Source: the human T2T-CHM13v2.0 reference genome, Homo sapiens
DNA length: 64,000 nt
Assembly: GCA_009914755.4 (NCBI GenBank)
Contig: CP086569.2
Location: 8,096,001 to 8,160,000, forward strand
Direction of reading: 5' to 3'
Below the pieces are notes generated by a model that was not told the origin of the DNA, made no database searches, and saw only the letters and a list, made by a program, of their open reading frames with translations. Both the position numbers and the translations under genes were made by a program. Below are positions 63,898-64,000 of this stretch, one piece after another (within the stretch, counting starts at the first letter, position 1; every line of letters begins with the position of its first letter).

Positions 63898-64000
63898 CAT
63901 CCAGATTCTGATATCTCAATAATGCTTATGTGCAAGACATTCTTACTGCTTATATGAAGATTTAAAAGAACTGCAAGAGCATTTAGCAGAAAATCAGTCA

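Overview
This window is human (primate) genomic DNA, not a prokaryotic locus. It contains several Alu elements and three LINE-1 copies, and about 40 kb of an AT-rich tandem satellite with a 67-68 bp period. I see no defence or metabolic system, no rRNA, tRNA or CRISPR array, and no ORF that looks like a genuine cellular gene.

Satellite family. The monomers carry recurring cores such as ACATCACCTGGGTGCTGGGC and ATATGTCACAATG (reverse complement ATTGTGACATAT ... CACCTAGGTGATGTGACTCT). From memory these fit the human beta-satellite (Sau3A / BSR) family. That assignment is recollection, not a search.

Organisation. Satellite array 1 runs from 1 to about 34,262. It is in + orientation up to 8,968, then switches abruptly to the inverted orientation for the rest (a head-to-head junction inside the array). 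A roughly 14 kb non-satellite island spans 34,263-48,419 and holds old Alus, a FLAM-like monomer, an old 3'-truncated and internally deleted L1, and unclassified AT-rich and moderately GC sequence. Array 2 spans 48,420-61,251 in inverted orientation and ends at a 5'-truncated L1 (61,252-63,897). The last ~100 bp of the window are non-satellite.

Higher-order repeat (HOR). The arrays are not simple monomer runs. Three kinds of longer non-monomeric blocks recur in a fixed order, which in native orientation reads C - B - A - A' - C. Block A is about 700 bp, block B about 600 bp and block C about 400 bp, each separated by runs of 68-bp monomers. Together they form a higher-order repeat with a period of roughly 6.0-6.4 kb. 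Copies of the same block look about 80-90% identical by eye; I could not compute this.

Mobile-element insertions into the satellite.
- A low-divergence Alu with a perfect 13-bp target-site duplication (TSD), at 6,035-6,335.
- A 5.18 kb composite L1 insertion (13,320-18,502) with an 11-bp TSD, an inverted ORF1 fragment (twin-priming-like) and a 137-bp satellite-derived spacer between the two L1 pieces.
- An Alu at 25,601-25,897 whose tail has expanded into a ~250 bp (GAA)n.(TTC)n tract at 25,351-25,600.
- An Alu at 33,470-33,785.

The ORF track. Nearly all listed ORFs are chance ORFs in satellite, or L1 ORF1/ORF2 fragments. The satellite ORFs share peptide motifs like SHHLGAEP and SHITWV only because they translate the same repeated DNA. 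One ORF cluster is the (GAA)n tract read as poly-E, poly-S and poly-L.
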